DNA of 64,000 bases from Candidatus Bathyarchaeota archaeon (GTDB lineage Archaea > Thermoproteota > Bathyarchaeia > TCS64), in NCBI GenBank assembly GCA_963771885.1, contig CAVYVF010000022.1:128001-192000 (forward strand). Direction: 5' to 3'. Shown one piece after another: positions 20,072 through 31,707 of this stretch (its first letter is position 1; each line of letters starts with the position of its first letter). Made by a program: the position numbers and the translations under genes. The notes under the pieces are model-generated. The model had not been told where the DNA came from. It was given only the letters and a program-made list of their open reading frames with translations, and made no database searches.

Positions 20072-20273
20072 TAAAGGGGTTCAGACCCTTATGAACAATT
20101 TATTCATTGAAGAAATAAAATCCTTTAATTAAAGTTCTATTCATTACAAAAATGCAGTTTATATAATCATTAAATAAAATAAAACGAACTTATAATAATT
20201 CTTATAGTAGAGGTTAGTTTATAACAGATACTTTTCATTTTAAATCCATGAAGCCAATAGATTTGTATAATAA

Positions 20274-20909
20274 CTAAAACTCTTTACTATTTATTTGTTT
20301 TAAGATGTTCTCCATTTCCTCCAATGTTATCTTATTTGAGAAAATAGAGAGATATATCATATTCTCTTCACCCACATCCGACCACTTATCATCAAAAATA
20401 AAGCAATAATTCCTATCGACGAACTCGCTGAAATTCCTCGGCCAATTCGCATACAAAGCATCGATATCAAGAACTGCATTGTAGAAATCCCCCTCAAACA
20501 TTAGGAAACTAGATGCAAGGAAACCACTTACATATTTATTAATTAACTCAGATTGTACTTCTAGTTTTGAGCAATCAGCTGCGAACCATTTTAACTCCTG
20601 TTCCTTCTTGTCAATCCATCTAGTTAACAGCGACGTCTTTCGATAATAGAAGTAGTGACTTATTCCCCTGTTTTGTAAGTATTGCTTTGTCTCTGGGATA
20701 TATCCTGCTTCAGACCAGCTTGGTATAACTCTATAATAAAATGCGACAGACTTTCCTACTCCAAGATGGCTGATCAAATCGACAATTGCTTTTTTATTTT
20801 TTTCAGGACATTTTACCCAGATACGAGTAACGTTTCTCTTTAACTCTGCAGACCGATCCCAGGGCCAATTAGGCAATACTTTATGATTGTTTGTTTCAAT
20901 CTCCAACAA
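20274..20909 (-). CDS. Putative immunity protein for the upstream RHS toxin
   Basis: AT-rich 211-aa ORF starting 3 bp after the RHS stop. Confidence 0.55.
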   Translation of the reverse strand: MLEIETNNHKVLPNWPWDRSAELKRNVTRIWVKCPEKNKKAIVDLISHLGVGKSVAFYYRVIPSWSEAGYIPETKQYLQNRGISHYFYYRKTSLLTRWIDKKEQELKWFAADCSKLEVQSELINKYVSGFLASSFLMFEGDFYNAVLDIDALYANWPRNFSEFVDRNYCFIFDDKWSDVGEENMIYLSIFSNKITLEEMENILKQINSKEF

Positions 20910-20912
20910 TCC

Positions 20913-23900
20913 CTAGTGCCACCTACGTTCTGAAGCATCTATGTAATCACCCAGTGGGATATAAGACTCAACAACGGCTCCAACGAGGGCTCCATTAACT
21001 ATCGCATATGCATTAGCTCCCCCTCCTCGCCTAAACATTGCATCGACTAAAGAATCCATTTTTGGAGCAGCATAGTCCCATTCTTTAAGTGATCTAAGTT
21101 GCGTGTTTCTCGGAGTAACCGCATCAGCTGCTACTGATCCGATCGCTCCTGAAGCAAAGCTAGACCCAACATCAAAGGCAGTAAAATCATCACCGTTGAT
21201 TGTGGATTCGATACCGGCACAGACGACGTTAATTCCGCCCGAAAAAGCATGTGTTAACCCTCGCCCTACAAGGCCTGTAGCTTTCAATCCCCATTCCATA
21301 GCTATTGTTCCAGCAACAGGAGCTGCGAGTACACCTAATGCACCTCCAATAGCACCGCTAGCAGCTGCTGCGAATGCACCTTGTGCCGTCATTTCTTGCT
21401 TGAAAATAATGCTTTCAGCGGCGTAAAAACCTAGACTAATAACCATCCCAATAGCTGCGCCAGCCAGGATCGGTGCAAAAATGAATCTTCCATCTGGATC
21501 TGTATATTTCAATGGGTTGTTTCTTGCATATGCATACCTGTTTAGGCTCTGGGGATCGGTGAGAATAGGTGAAGCAGGGTCCTCTGTGATAAACCGCCCT
21601 ATACTTGGGTCGTAGTATCTTGCCCCGTAGTAGTAGAGTCCCGTGGCTTTGTCTTCTGGTTTGCCCGTGTATCTGAACTCCTCAGAACCAACCTCACCCT
21701 CGCCAACGCCGAAGGGCTGGTAGTTACTCGAGTCGACCACATCACCACCCGCATCCGTCACAAGCCTCGTCGATCCCAAGTGATCTTGGTGGAGATACGT
21801 GGTCACGCCACCCGTCCTCTCCGCCACCTGCAAGCCCACCAACGTAGAACCGAATAGTAGCGTCACCGCCCCCGTCAGGCACCTCATACAACACGTTCAG
21901 CCCAGAGTACACATACCTCATGTTCCCTGAGGCGCCATCGTAGCTCCGTACCCGGCGCCCGTCCGCATCATACGCGTAGCTCCTCACGACGCTGCCCCCG
22001 ATGGACACGTCGGTGAGGCGGTCATAGCCATCGTAGCCATAGGCAGTGGAGCCGCCGCCAAGCACCTGGAACCACAGCTCATAGGGAGAGGTAATCGACT
22101 CCGTCCAAGCCACCAGCAAGCCGGGTGAAGCTCAGCGGGATACTGCGAAGTACGAGTTGCTCTTGTATGTGGAGTTGGCCTCCCCCACCTGGGCTGGCTG
22201 CGACCAGCCACCCGCACCCTCCCGAACGGAGCAGTACATCAAGTTAGCCTGGGGGTGGCCGAGCCAGACGCAAATCAGCCTATCGCCGTCCAGGGAGATC
22301 TGCGGGGTGACGTTCGAAGCCGTGACCGATCCCTGTATCACCACGGGGGTGCTCCAAGCGTTCCCCGCGTAGGTCCAGTTCTGGTACACGATGTCCTTGT
22401 TGCCCTTCGAGTAGACGACGTGAACAACATCCCCCACGGCCACAAGCGAGCTATACGAGCCATCCTGGATCGTATTCGAAGTCGACACAGGCGTACCCCA
22501 GGTCAGACCGTCGAACCGAACCATGCTGATGACCGCACCATCCAACGTGTACTCCGCAGCCAGCTTCCCCCGTCCAAGGCAGCTACCGTCACCTTCAAGG
22601 ACCCAGACGTGGCTGAGAGCTGGTGGGGGAAACCCGAGGCGGTGCTCCACGTGTCATCCGTATTCGCGTTCTTCGTCACGTATGGGAGGCTGTTGCTACA
22701 GAACCCGATGTAAGCGTGGCCATCCGAGTCCACAGCGATCGTCGCCGAGTTCACCGAGGTGAAGCCCGAGATGTATCTCTCCGTCGACCACGATATTACC
22801 CCATCCGAGCCGCAGACGCCTCTCCTGTAGAACATCGTGGTGCCACCCGTCGCGATGACGTAGTAGACGTAGGTGTCGACGATCGCCACCGATAGGTAGT
22901 ATGCGTAATAGTAGCTGGACTTGACGAGTGACGAGTTGCCCCAGTTGACGCCATCTATGCTGCTCCGGTAGACGAGGTTAGAGCCATCACTATACACGAC
23001 CCAGTACCTCCCAGCGGCGTACCATGTCTTCCTCTGGTTGGGGTTGTTGACGTTGTGGTACGTCGTCAAACCGTCCGCCACCATCGATACGGCCGAGGAA
23101 GCGTTAGTGGAGCTTCTGCCCACCATGTTCCCGTTCAGATCATCGGTGAACTCCTCGTCCCCGGCCGTGGTGAGCTCGTTCAACTCGTTGTAGGTGTATT
23201 CGGGGAATCCCTCGACAACATGTTACCCACGGCATCGTATGTGTAGTCTATTGTGCCCCACGGCCCGGTGGTGCCGTTCAGCCGATCCAACATATCGTAC
23301 TCATAGGTCTCCGTGCCGACCCCATCATCTATAGTGAGCACGCTCCCGAGTCATCATAGGTGTAGTTCGGATCCATGAGCGTCTCCCCCGAACCCATGCC
23401 GATCTCCTCGGTGTTCATCGCGACGTCATCCACCGCCACCGTCACGGCGGCGTTCGTCACCACGACGCGGCTAGCCTGTTGACCACCGCGCGCGCGCGCG
23501 CTCGGTCTCGTAGACGCGGGTGACGTTCCCCGAGTCCAGGCTCGCGTAGTCGTTTATGCCGTCGCCGTCGAAGTCCCACCGATACATCGTGATTCGACTC
23601 TTGACCTCACTGGGCGTTACGACGACGCTGAAGCCCGTGAACAGCGGAGAGTCCCCGCGGTCAAATAGAGCACGTCACGGATATCACCGGCTCCTCGACT
23701 CTAGGGAATCTGGGGCCCCGGCTCCGTGCCATTAAGGACGGAGTCACCGGCCTCAATGTCCGTGGCGTTTGAGGCATGCACGGGCCTGAGTACTTGACTC
23801 AGGGATAGCCAAGCCTGGCTAAGCCAGCTTTCCTCTGCTGGTGTCTGCTGCACCATCACCGCCAATGGCAGGGCCAGTGGCCCCGAGGTCAACATCATGA

Positions 23901-23934
23901 CTACGAGCAACGCGGATACGAGGGCACGCTTCAA
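20913..23934 (-). pseudogene. Secreted RHS/YD-repeat toxin, fragmented (signal peptide, PKD remnant, YD repeats, RHS core, Gly/Ala-rich C-terminal domain)
   Basis: MKRALVSALLVVMML signal; YRWDFDGDG PKD motif about 23560-23585; YEYDMLDRL, YTYDAVGN; HQDHLGSTR, GLYYYGARYYDPSIGRF, NPLKYTDPDG; several frameshifts and an in-frame TGA at 22132. Confidence 0.85.
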
Positions 23935-24523
23935 GAATCATTCACCTGAAAATGACCATCACAAACTGGATATTAGATTGTAACTGAATCATTGGCGTGT
24001 AAAGGGTGGGGTAATGGTGAACGTGTGTATTGCATCAGCGATTATAATATTAAATATAGGATTCTATAATTGTTTAACTAATAGGTTAACGATAATTGAT
24101 TATTGATATGTATTTAATATATAGATGAATTGTTGAGTGCTAAGATGTCGACGTTGTATTGGATCAGTGATACCTGATACACATACGTTAAACTAATTAA
24201 CTCCCTGGGCTTAAGCGTTGATTTCCATTGATATATGGGACTGATTCATAACTTTAATTAAGACAGAAGATAAAATGTGTTGCTTAATGTGCTGAGTGTA
24301 CCTGTTGAGCAACTCAGGCATCTGGACGCGTTAGAATGGTCTCCCGCGTACTTGAGATACTCTTATTCAGTAACCATCGACGCCTATAGGGTCTTTTTTT
24401 TGGAACCTTTTCAAGAAGACTTAAGCTCAGTTTTATCACGGTTTTGACCAAGTTTATCTTCAAAGGATTACGCGATCCGAATGATACATACCTTCTCTGG
24501 GCGCCGATAAATTCCTTCTCTCG

Positions 24524-25994
24524 GTGGGCGATACTGTTCACGTCGTCTACTCGAAGGGCAACAAGGACATCGTGTACCAGAACTGGACCTACGCGGGGGA
24601 AGACATTGAGCACCCCCGTGGTGATACAGGGATCGGTCACGGCTTCGAACGTCACCCCGCAGATCTCCCTGGACGGGGATAGGCTGATCTGCGTCTGGCT
24701 CGGCCACCCCAGGCTAACTTGATGTACTGCTCCGTTCGGGAGGGTGCGGGTGGCTGGTCGCAGCCAGCCCAGGTGGGGGAGGCCGAACTCCACATACAAG
24801 AGCAACTCGTACTTCGCAGTATCCCGCTCAGCTTCACCCGGCTTGCTGGTGGCTTGGACGGAGTCGATTACCTCTCCCTATGAGCTGTGGTTCCAGGTGC
24901 TTGGCGGCGGCTCCACTGCCTATGGCTACGATGGCTATGACCGCCTCACCGACGTGTCCATCGGGGGCAGCGTCGTGAGGAGCTACGCGTATGATGCGGA
25001 CGGGCGCCGGGTACGGAGCTACGATGGCGCCTCAGGGAACATGAGGTATGTGTACTCTGGGCTGAACGTGTTGTATGAGGTGCCTGACGGGGGCGGTGAC
25101 GCTACTATTCGGTTCTACGTTGGTGGGCTGCAGGTGGCGGAGAGGACGGGTGGCGTGACCACGTATCTCCACCAAGATCACTTGGGATCGACGAGGCTTG
25201 TGACGGATGCGGGTGGTGATGTGGTCTACTCCAGTAACTGCCGGCGCGCCCTTCGGCGTTGGCGAGGGTGAGGTTGGTTCTGAGGAGTTCAGATACACGG
25301 GCAAACCAGAAGACAAAGCCACGGGACTCTACTACTACGGGGCAAGATACTACGACCCAACCATCGGACGTTTCATAACGGAAGATACCGTGATGGGCGA
25401 TCTGACCTGATCCCCAGTCACTAAACAGATACGCATACGCAAGAAACAATCCGAATAAGTACGTAGATCCCGATGGGAAATTCTTCTTTATTCTTCCTCT
25501 TGCTTATATAGCAATTCCTGCCGCAGTCGCTCTTGGATACATAGTTATTGCCCCCTATATTCCGATAATAGCCCACTATGTTTCTTCGGTATTATCTCCA
25601 ATAACACCGAGTACGGGACGTATTGATGATCCATTAATCGATATACAAGATAATCTATTACGCTGAGTCAGGATCCTCTCGTGAAAAAGAAAAATGGGGA
25701 AAACATGAATCAGATTTTAATGAATATTATGAAGGAGAGAATCCACCTAAAAACGTTGATGAATACAAAGACCTCTGGGAAAATACTTCAAAAATTACAA
25801 TACCAATCACAATGAAGACATTCGGGAATATGAAAGGGCAGATGGTACGAGGGTATTCTATGATAAAAAAGACAATCTATTTGGAATTGAAAATTCTAAT
25901 GGAAGTTTTAATAATTGTTTCCCTCCTAGTGATTATTTGGACTATTATCTACCGTAATCAGTTAAAAAACACGGGTGAATCTTTTTTACCTTAA
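24524..25994 (+). pseudogene. Orphan RHS module 2: inverted near-identical copy of about 21490-22437 plus a different C-terminal toxin
   Basis: Same sequence as the minus-strand copy up to NPNKYVDPDG; then a new tip with KHESDF...ERADGTRVFYDKKDNLFG...FPP (hand translation across frameshifts). Confidence 0.8.
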
Positions 25995-26009
25995 TTCCCT
26001 AAATGTATT

Positions 26010-26395
26010 GTGATTACCTTGTTTAAATGCCCATGTTGTGGTTATCCAACTCTAGAACGACAAAATCAGCAAGATACATGTTTTCTATGTAAATGGGAAG
26101 ATGACGGACAGACTTGATAATGATGCTCATTTAATTTATGGGGGCCCAAATTCCAACTATTCTTCTCTTCTTGAAAGCAAGAAATAATTTTAAAAAAGCT
26201 TTAATAATGTATAGACCAACAGATAACCGTTTTAAATATTTTAAGAATAAGACCATTGATGAAATTAAGAAGCAAATCATATATTTTAATAATATAAAAA
26301 CTAATAAACAAAATAATTTACATATAGATATAATGGATTTAAAAATACAATTAAATAATGAAGAAGAAAAACAATGGAATAAATACCATAAATAA
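26010..26395 (+). pseudogene. CPCC-family Cys-rich (immunity-associated) protein, frameshifted
   Basis: Hand translation FKCPCCGYPTL...TCFLCKWEDDGQ / GGPNSNYS / ARNNF. Confidence 0.8.
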
Positions 26396-26487
26396 TAGGA
26401 AATTAAAGCTTTGACCTGATGATAAAAAAAGTTCTCTGAGTAACTCATTAGAGGTGGGCTGCTACTCTCAGATTCTACGTTGGCTCT

Positions 26488-27341
26488 TTGCAGGTGGCGG
26501 AGAGGACGGGTGGCGTGACCACGTATCTTCACCAGGATCATCTGGGTTCGACGAGGCTTGTGACGGATGCGGGTGGTGATGTGGTCTACTCGAGTAACTA
26601 CCAGCCATTCGGAGTCGGTGAAGGTGAGGATGGTGGCGAGGAGTTCAGATACACGGGCAAACCAGAAGACAAAGCCACGGGACTCTACTACTACGGGGCA
26701 AGATACTACGACCCAACCATCGGACGATTCATAACGGAGGATAGTGTACTTGGAGACCTTTCTGATCCGCAAAGTATGAACAGGTATGTCTACTCGCAGA
26801 AGTAACCCGACAGATCTTAGGGACTGAACTGGGCATTGGCTTGAGACGGCTCTAGATGTATTGGGTCTTGGGCTCGATATACAGGCATACAATGAGGACC
26901 CAAGTTTCTTCAACGCCGCTATGATTGGACTGGATCTCGTTTGCATAGCCTTGCCGAATCGTACCCGCGGTAGGCTGCGTACGATTCATCGACAAAGCAG
27001 ATAATGTAGCAGATGCAGCAAAGTATTTTGATGAGGCTTTAGAAAGTGCAGCAAAATTCTCTGATGATCTCAGGATCTCCATTATATTCACCTGAACATG
27101 CAAAACATGCATTAGATATGGGATATGACACCTTTGGCGATTGGGCTCGTGGATCCAAACAAGAGGCTTAAGGAGGAACACACAAGGTTTAATAAAAGGT
27201 GACTTGAATTACGATTTAATGCGGCAAACGAGCCCACACCCTGAAGGTTGGGTAATAATAAATAATCAAAAAAGGTGGGCAACTACATTTAATACAGATA
27301 GAGTTAATGTACTCACTTCGACATCTATCCTGATACGATAA
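26488..27341 (+). pseudogene. Orphan RHS module 3 (core fragment plus a third C-terminal tip)
   Basis: HQDHLGSTR...ARYYDPTIGRF...DPQSMNRYVY, then TGHWLETALDVLGLGLDI...; frameshifts and stops. Confidence 0.75.
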
Positions 27342-27374
27342 TACGAAATCTTTACTCCGGAGGTTGGAGTCCTA

Positions 27375-27986
27375 TTGGATAAACTATCTAGTCGAGACGG
27401 TATTCAAATCGTATGCTTTCAAACATTTCTTCAAATAATTGAAAAATTAAGTATATTTTTAAATGAAAAAGAATGCATCGAAAAAGAAAAAATATCTGAT
27501 TCTCTTTACGTCTTTCAGTTTATAGGAAACATGTATTATAATGGAAGATTTACTGGCGCGATGAAAAGTGATGTCAAACTTATCCTCAGTTTTTTAGATG
27601 ATATTTTGGAAAAAAAAGGCATGGATTTTATACAGCAGCTTTCAAAGAATCTGGATAAAAGCATTACTTTTTATTCGGATTATTATCAAGTATATAAACG
27701 ACAATTATTATCCTCATCGGAATTTCCATTTGATGGCTTTGAGAATTTTGATATTTTCTTTCTGAGTACAAGAGATAAAATAGAATATATTATTAAGGGG
27801 ATGGGATTAACCGGATATAATGATAAAATTGAAAAATATGAAAATATTATTAATAAGTTAAATCAAGTAGATAACGAATTTAAATCTAATATTTCAAAAA
27901 TGAGGAATGCGATGATAAAACAAAATATATCCATTAACAATATCTCTAGTTTTCCATCCTTCTGGTGGAGAAATGGTTTTTATTAA
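27375..27986 (+). CDS. Putative immunity protein of RHS module 3
   Basis: AT-rich 203-aa ORF directly after the tip; ends FWWR. Confidence 0.55.
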   Translation: MDKLSSRDGIQIVCFQTFLQIIEKLSIFLNEKECIEKEKISDSLYVFQFIGNMYYNGRFTGAMKSDVKLILSFLDDILEKKGMDFIQQLSKNLDKSITFYSDYYQVYKRQLLSSSEFPFDGFENFDIFFLSTRDKIEYIIKGMGLTGYNDKIEKYENIINKLNQVDNEFKSNISKMRNAMIKQNISINNISSFPSFWWRNGFY

Positions 27987-28057
27987 TGATATGGATATTA
28001 AAAATACTTTATGATATTAATGTAGAGATATGCATGGCCATGTGCATGCCTCGTGTG

Positions 28058-28160
28058 ATATGAGGTATGTCTACTCGGAGTTGAATGTGGTGTACGAGGT
28101 GCCGGACGGAGGCGGCACTGTTATCCTGCGCTTCTACGCTGGTGGCCTGCAGGTAGCCGA
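28058..28160 (+). pseudogene. Fourth RHS core remnant
   Basis: MRYVYSELNVVYEVPDGGGTVILRFYAGGLQVAE, homologous to the other copies; ends abruptly at GCGCGCGCG. Confidence 0.8.
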
Positions 28161-28763
28161 GCGCGCGCGATTTATGGATGGCAACTCTTTCCCTTGGCCA
28201 CAATGGGGTTTGGGGCCGTTGAATACAACCCAATGGATTAGGGAATAGATGCCTATTTCGATAGTACTTCGGGAAAATCTATGTTTTACCTTGACGGAGG
28301 GACTAGAGGGATATTAATTACTAATAGTGGCTCAGTACAAGGGACATTTCCAGCTCAATTGTACATTGGAGATACAACATATTATGAACAGTCAATGAGG
28401 TGCTTTATTACAATCTCAGAATTGACTCGGGTCGGCCACCATAAATTCATAGTGAGTTACATTTTTCCTTATTCAATATTATCGTAAACTATAAAATTTA
28501 AACCAATGAATACCATACTCAAACCAACTAACTTTAAAACATTAGGAAAACAACAGGAATTTGGCGGAAAAAACCCTAAAACAAGCCCGTTCTATTTAAG
28601 AAGGAAAAGTGGCATTCATAATCTTCTGGTAAAGTTAAAAACCGCCATTTTACACAAATTTGGGATATTTTCCAAATTCTAAGAGAACACCCTTCCTTTC
28701 CAATCCTTGACCAGGTTAAAAAAAACTTTCCAAGCAGATTAGCCACTAACATTCTCCATACAT

Positions 28764-28810
28764 CTACGCAACCCACCTCCAGCGCCCACCCGGAACCATA
28801 AAAGCGTGAC
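28764..28810 (-). pseudogene. Diverged remnant of the replication ATPase 3' end
   Basis: Reads HAFMVPGGRWRWVA* vs HAFETLGGWRWVA* in 36511..38304; shares CTACGCAACCCACCTCCA. Confidence 0.75.
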
Positions 28811-29099
28811 GCGCGCGCAGACAAGATAAGCGCGAAAACCTTTCCCAGCTCTTATAACTTCCTTTACTCGAGTGTGCGGCGTCGAACTGCTACAGACCCT
28901 TCCTGCAAGTCTAGACTGTGACTTTTTACACACATTTAGTACTTTATCTGCTTGAATGCGTGCGCGCGCGAAACGGAGCCCAAATCAAGGCGCCCCTGTA
29001 AAGAGGCGCGGGAGAGGTATAATACGCCACATCGACGTATGGCTGAATTACTTCTCTTTGACTTAACTCTGTAATCACGCGGTGAATTCATCACATCCA

Positions 29100-29898
29100 T
29101 CAACTGAATACCCGGGATAGGTCTGCTCTCAGCTCCGTGAGGATGACCCCAATCCCGGTGAGAGGCTTTACAGGTGAGAGCCGAGCCAAGCCCATCTTAA
29201 CATATCGTCCCAGAGACGCCTCTAATCCGTCAGGAAAGAACTGATCAAGGCCATCAAACGCCACTCCCTTCCCCACACACTTCTTATAAAAGAGCTCCCC
29301 TCGCCCTCTCGACGTCAACCCTACCGGTTCTAAGCAGCCTCCACACGTCGTAGTAGTCCCTCACCGCTCCCCTCTCGATTATCGCCCTCATCTTCTCAGC
29401 CAATATGTTGTTGATCGAGTACACGAGGATCTCGTACTCCGGGTAATCATACATCTTCGTCACGTTGACACGCTCAGTATCCCCAATGAATGCCTCCCTC
29501 GACACCTCGATCTTGATCGTCCCCCTCGTGATCGGCCCATCGTACCTCGCCCTCACGCGTAGGAAACCGGGGTTCACGTACGGCTTCTCACTGAAGGTCA
29601 ACGCCAGACCACCGCTGAGGGAGGCTACGGTTTCGGGGAGAGCGGAGAGCATCTTGGCAGCGTCTTCGAGCCCCATCCCATCGTTCAGAGTGTAGTCGAG
29701 GTCCTCTGAGAATCCTCCAGCCGGATGGGAAGTGTACCTTCGAGAGAGCGGTGCCGCCCTTGAATATCAGGCACGTCGCCCCGCGTGATCGATGATAGGC
29801 CGATCATCACCCATCCCAGGGCGTAGTCCTTCTCCGCGAGGTCGAGGGGGATCCTCCCTCTCACGCGCTATCCTGCGTAGCTCACGGGCAGCGATCAT
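29100..29898 (-). pseudogene. AbiEii/AbiGii nucleotidyltransferase toxin (frameshifted)
   Basis: EKDYALGW, IFKGGTAL, SEDLDYT by hand translation; ILAEKMRAIIERGAVRDYYD. Confidence 0.85.
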
Positions 29899-30719
29899 CT
29901 AGCCCACCTACCCGGCTCGATGACCGCGTTCACAGGTCATCTCTCCAGCGTTCGTTGATCCTTCCTTCTCCAGGACGCTTTGTGTCGAGTCTAGCGTAGC
30001 CCTTCGACAGCTTCGGGTAACCGAGCATCTCGCTGTATGATTCGAGCTTCAGGGTCTCCAGCAGGTAGCCGAGTCTCTTCAGTATGGCTCCGTTCCTCAT
30101 CCGCTTCGCCATATCGACCACCTCATTGAAGATCGAGAACCTTCGATGCTCGAAGTAGATGGCGCTGGCCACCTCCTCGATGCCCCCACAGTGTTCGGGG
30201 TGGTCGAGGCAGTCCACAACCGTCTTCTCCGGCGTGGAGATGTTTACAGGAGTACCCTCTATTTTTACCTCGGTGACCCCGAACATCTTGCGCTCCGCGA
30301 CCTTGACGAAGACGAACTCGGTGTCGAGTATCTTCCTCCTGTTGCGGGGTTTCGTGGATGCCACATAGACGGCGGGTGGGGTCTGCTCGGTGAGGCCATG
30401 GTAGTTTAGCGCGCTCCAGTGGCTGACGTAGTATGGCTTGACGAGGTGTGAGGCTAAGACGAAGCCGTGGACTGTGTGGCTCTGGGCTCCCAGCTCCCCT
30501 GCCTCTAGGGGTGCTATCATGTAGACGCCATTTTTCAGGCGGAGTATCCAGTTCTTCCTGGTCAGGTTGTAGAGGAGGTTCTTTGGTGTTTTCCGAGTAG
30601 TCACGGATATCGTCGAGGGTGAATATCGTCTTGCCCCTGTAGCTGAGGTCTGAGAGCACCCTCGCCTCCCTGTCCGAGAGGCTCATCCTATATTTCTTTT
30701 TTATTTTTCCTCGATCCAT
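29895..30719 (-). pseudogene. AbiEi family antitoxin / transcriptional regulator (frameshifted)
   Basis: RLKNGVY, YVSHWSALNYHGLTEQ, PEKTVVDCLDHPEHCGG, KRLGYLLE. Confidence 0.85.
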
Positions 30720-31147
30720 GAGACTTCTGATAAAATACTATAGGTAGATGGCTATATGCCTTAGCATATTAGAGGGGTTCACGTCAAGGGTTTCTCCTTG
30801 AGTATTTAGGTGCGCGCGAGCAAAACGGATCAGTAAACACTATTCGTTGAAAGGATCAAAAATCAAGGAGATTCGATCGTCGTTCTATATTTTTTCAGTA
30901 GACCGACCTTCCATTGTGACCCTTATTCGTTAGATCCCAAAAGTATAAAATGGAATTAATTACGCTATGAAAAATGCATTCTTTTTCGAAAAATGAAGTA
31001 AAATGGAAACATCAAATTCCTAAATTGAATCTGTAATTTTTTATATCATAAATTTGGTAAGTCAAGTAAAATAATCAAACTTTATTGCTTTTTCATTGTA
31101 AAGTTTACTATTTTTATTTTATCTCATCCCTATTACTGAAGCATTCC

Positions 31148-31186
31148 TAATCGCAAATTAACGCAGTCTTAACTCCATTAAACGCA
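31148..31186 (+). promoter_or_regulatory. Four phased direct repeats (consensus near TWAACGCA) upstream of a secreted-protein gene
   Basis: TAATCGCA 31148, TTAACGCA 31158, TTAACTCC 31169, TAAACGCA 31179; 10-11 bp period. Confidence 0.45.
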
Positions 31187-31215
31187 CTCTAGAAAAAGGA
31201 GTGTAGGATGAAAAA

Positions 31216-31707
31216 ATGGTTGAGTTAAATTTGAAGAAGATACGTTCGGTGGGCACCCCCGTGCTGATTGGCATGATCTTATTAACCACATTCTCAGTTC
31301 CACTAGCCTTAGCATACCGCTATATTAGTACGCCTTTCAGTGGAAGTGTATACTACGATACTGACGAATTTGACATGGGTTGTCAATGGTTCAGTTATAC
31401 GGTATCAATTAGTAGTGTCTCTCCTTCGGGTAACTCTGTATATGTAGTAGTGAAGGAATGGGTTGATCCGGAAAATCCACCTTCCTATATGATAACTCGA
31501 TGGTCTGGTTATCTGGGGGCAGGTCAAAATACTGGGCTGTTGTACCCGGAGAGAGGTAACTCCATTGTCTACGTCCACGTGTCAAATCCTTCCCATCAAC
31601 AGAACTTGTCATATTGGGGCGCTTGCGAGGGGATCAGTACCAGAGAGCTCCTGATAGAAACTAAAACCTTTTTTTATTATACTAGTTTTTGGTCAATTTT
31701 TTTTTAA
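31216..31707 (+). CDS. Secreted small beta-strand protein (paralogue of 13531 and possibly 35117)
   Basis: Signal peptide ending LALA; TRWSGYLGAGQ motif. Confidence 0.65.
   Translation: MVELNLKKIRSVGTPVLIGMILLTTFSVPLALAYRYISTPFSGSVYYDTDEFDMGCQWFSYTVSISSVSPSGNSVYVVVKEWVDPENPPSYMITRWSGYLGAGQNTGLLYPERGNSIVYVHVSNPSHQQNLSYWGACEGISTRELLIETKTFFYYTSFWSIFF

Noticed and set aside
22132..22134. In-frame TGA in the RHS gene as selenocysteine
   Set aside because: The sister copy has TCA (Ser) here and the gene has other lesions, so it is a nonsense change or an error.
20913..28169. Diversity-generating retroelement (TR/VR pair) among the RHS repeats
   Set aside because: No reverse transcriptase in the window; differences between copies include indels and mixed substitutions rather than being confined to adenines.
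28990..29009. Hairpin GCGCCCCT-GTAA-AGAGGCGC as an IS200/IS605 end or ncRNA
   Set aside because: Short, imperfect, single copy, and no transposase nearby.
30945..31010. Repeated AAAATG motifs as iterons
   Set aside because: Irregular spacing in very AT-rich DNA; compatible with chance.
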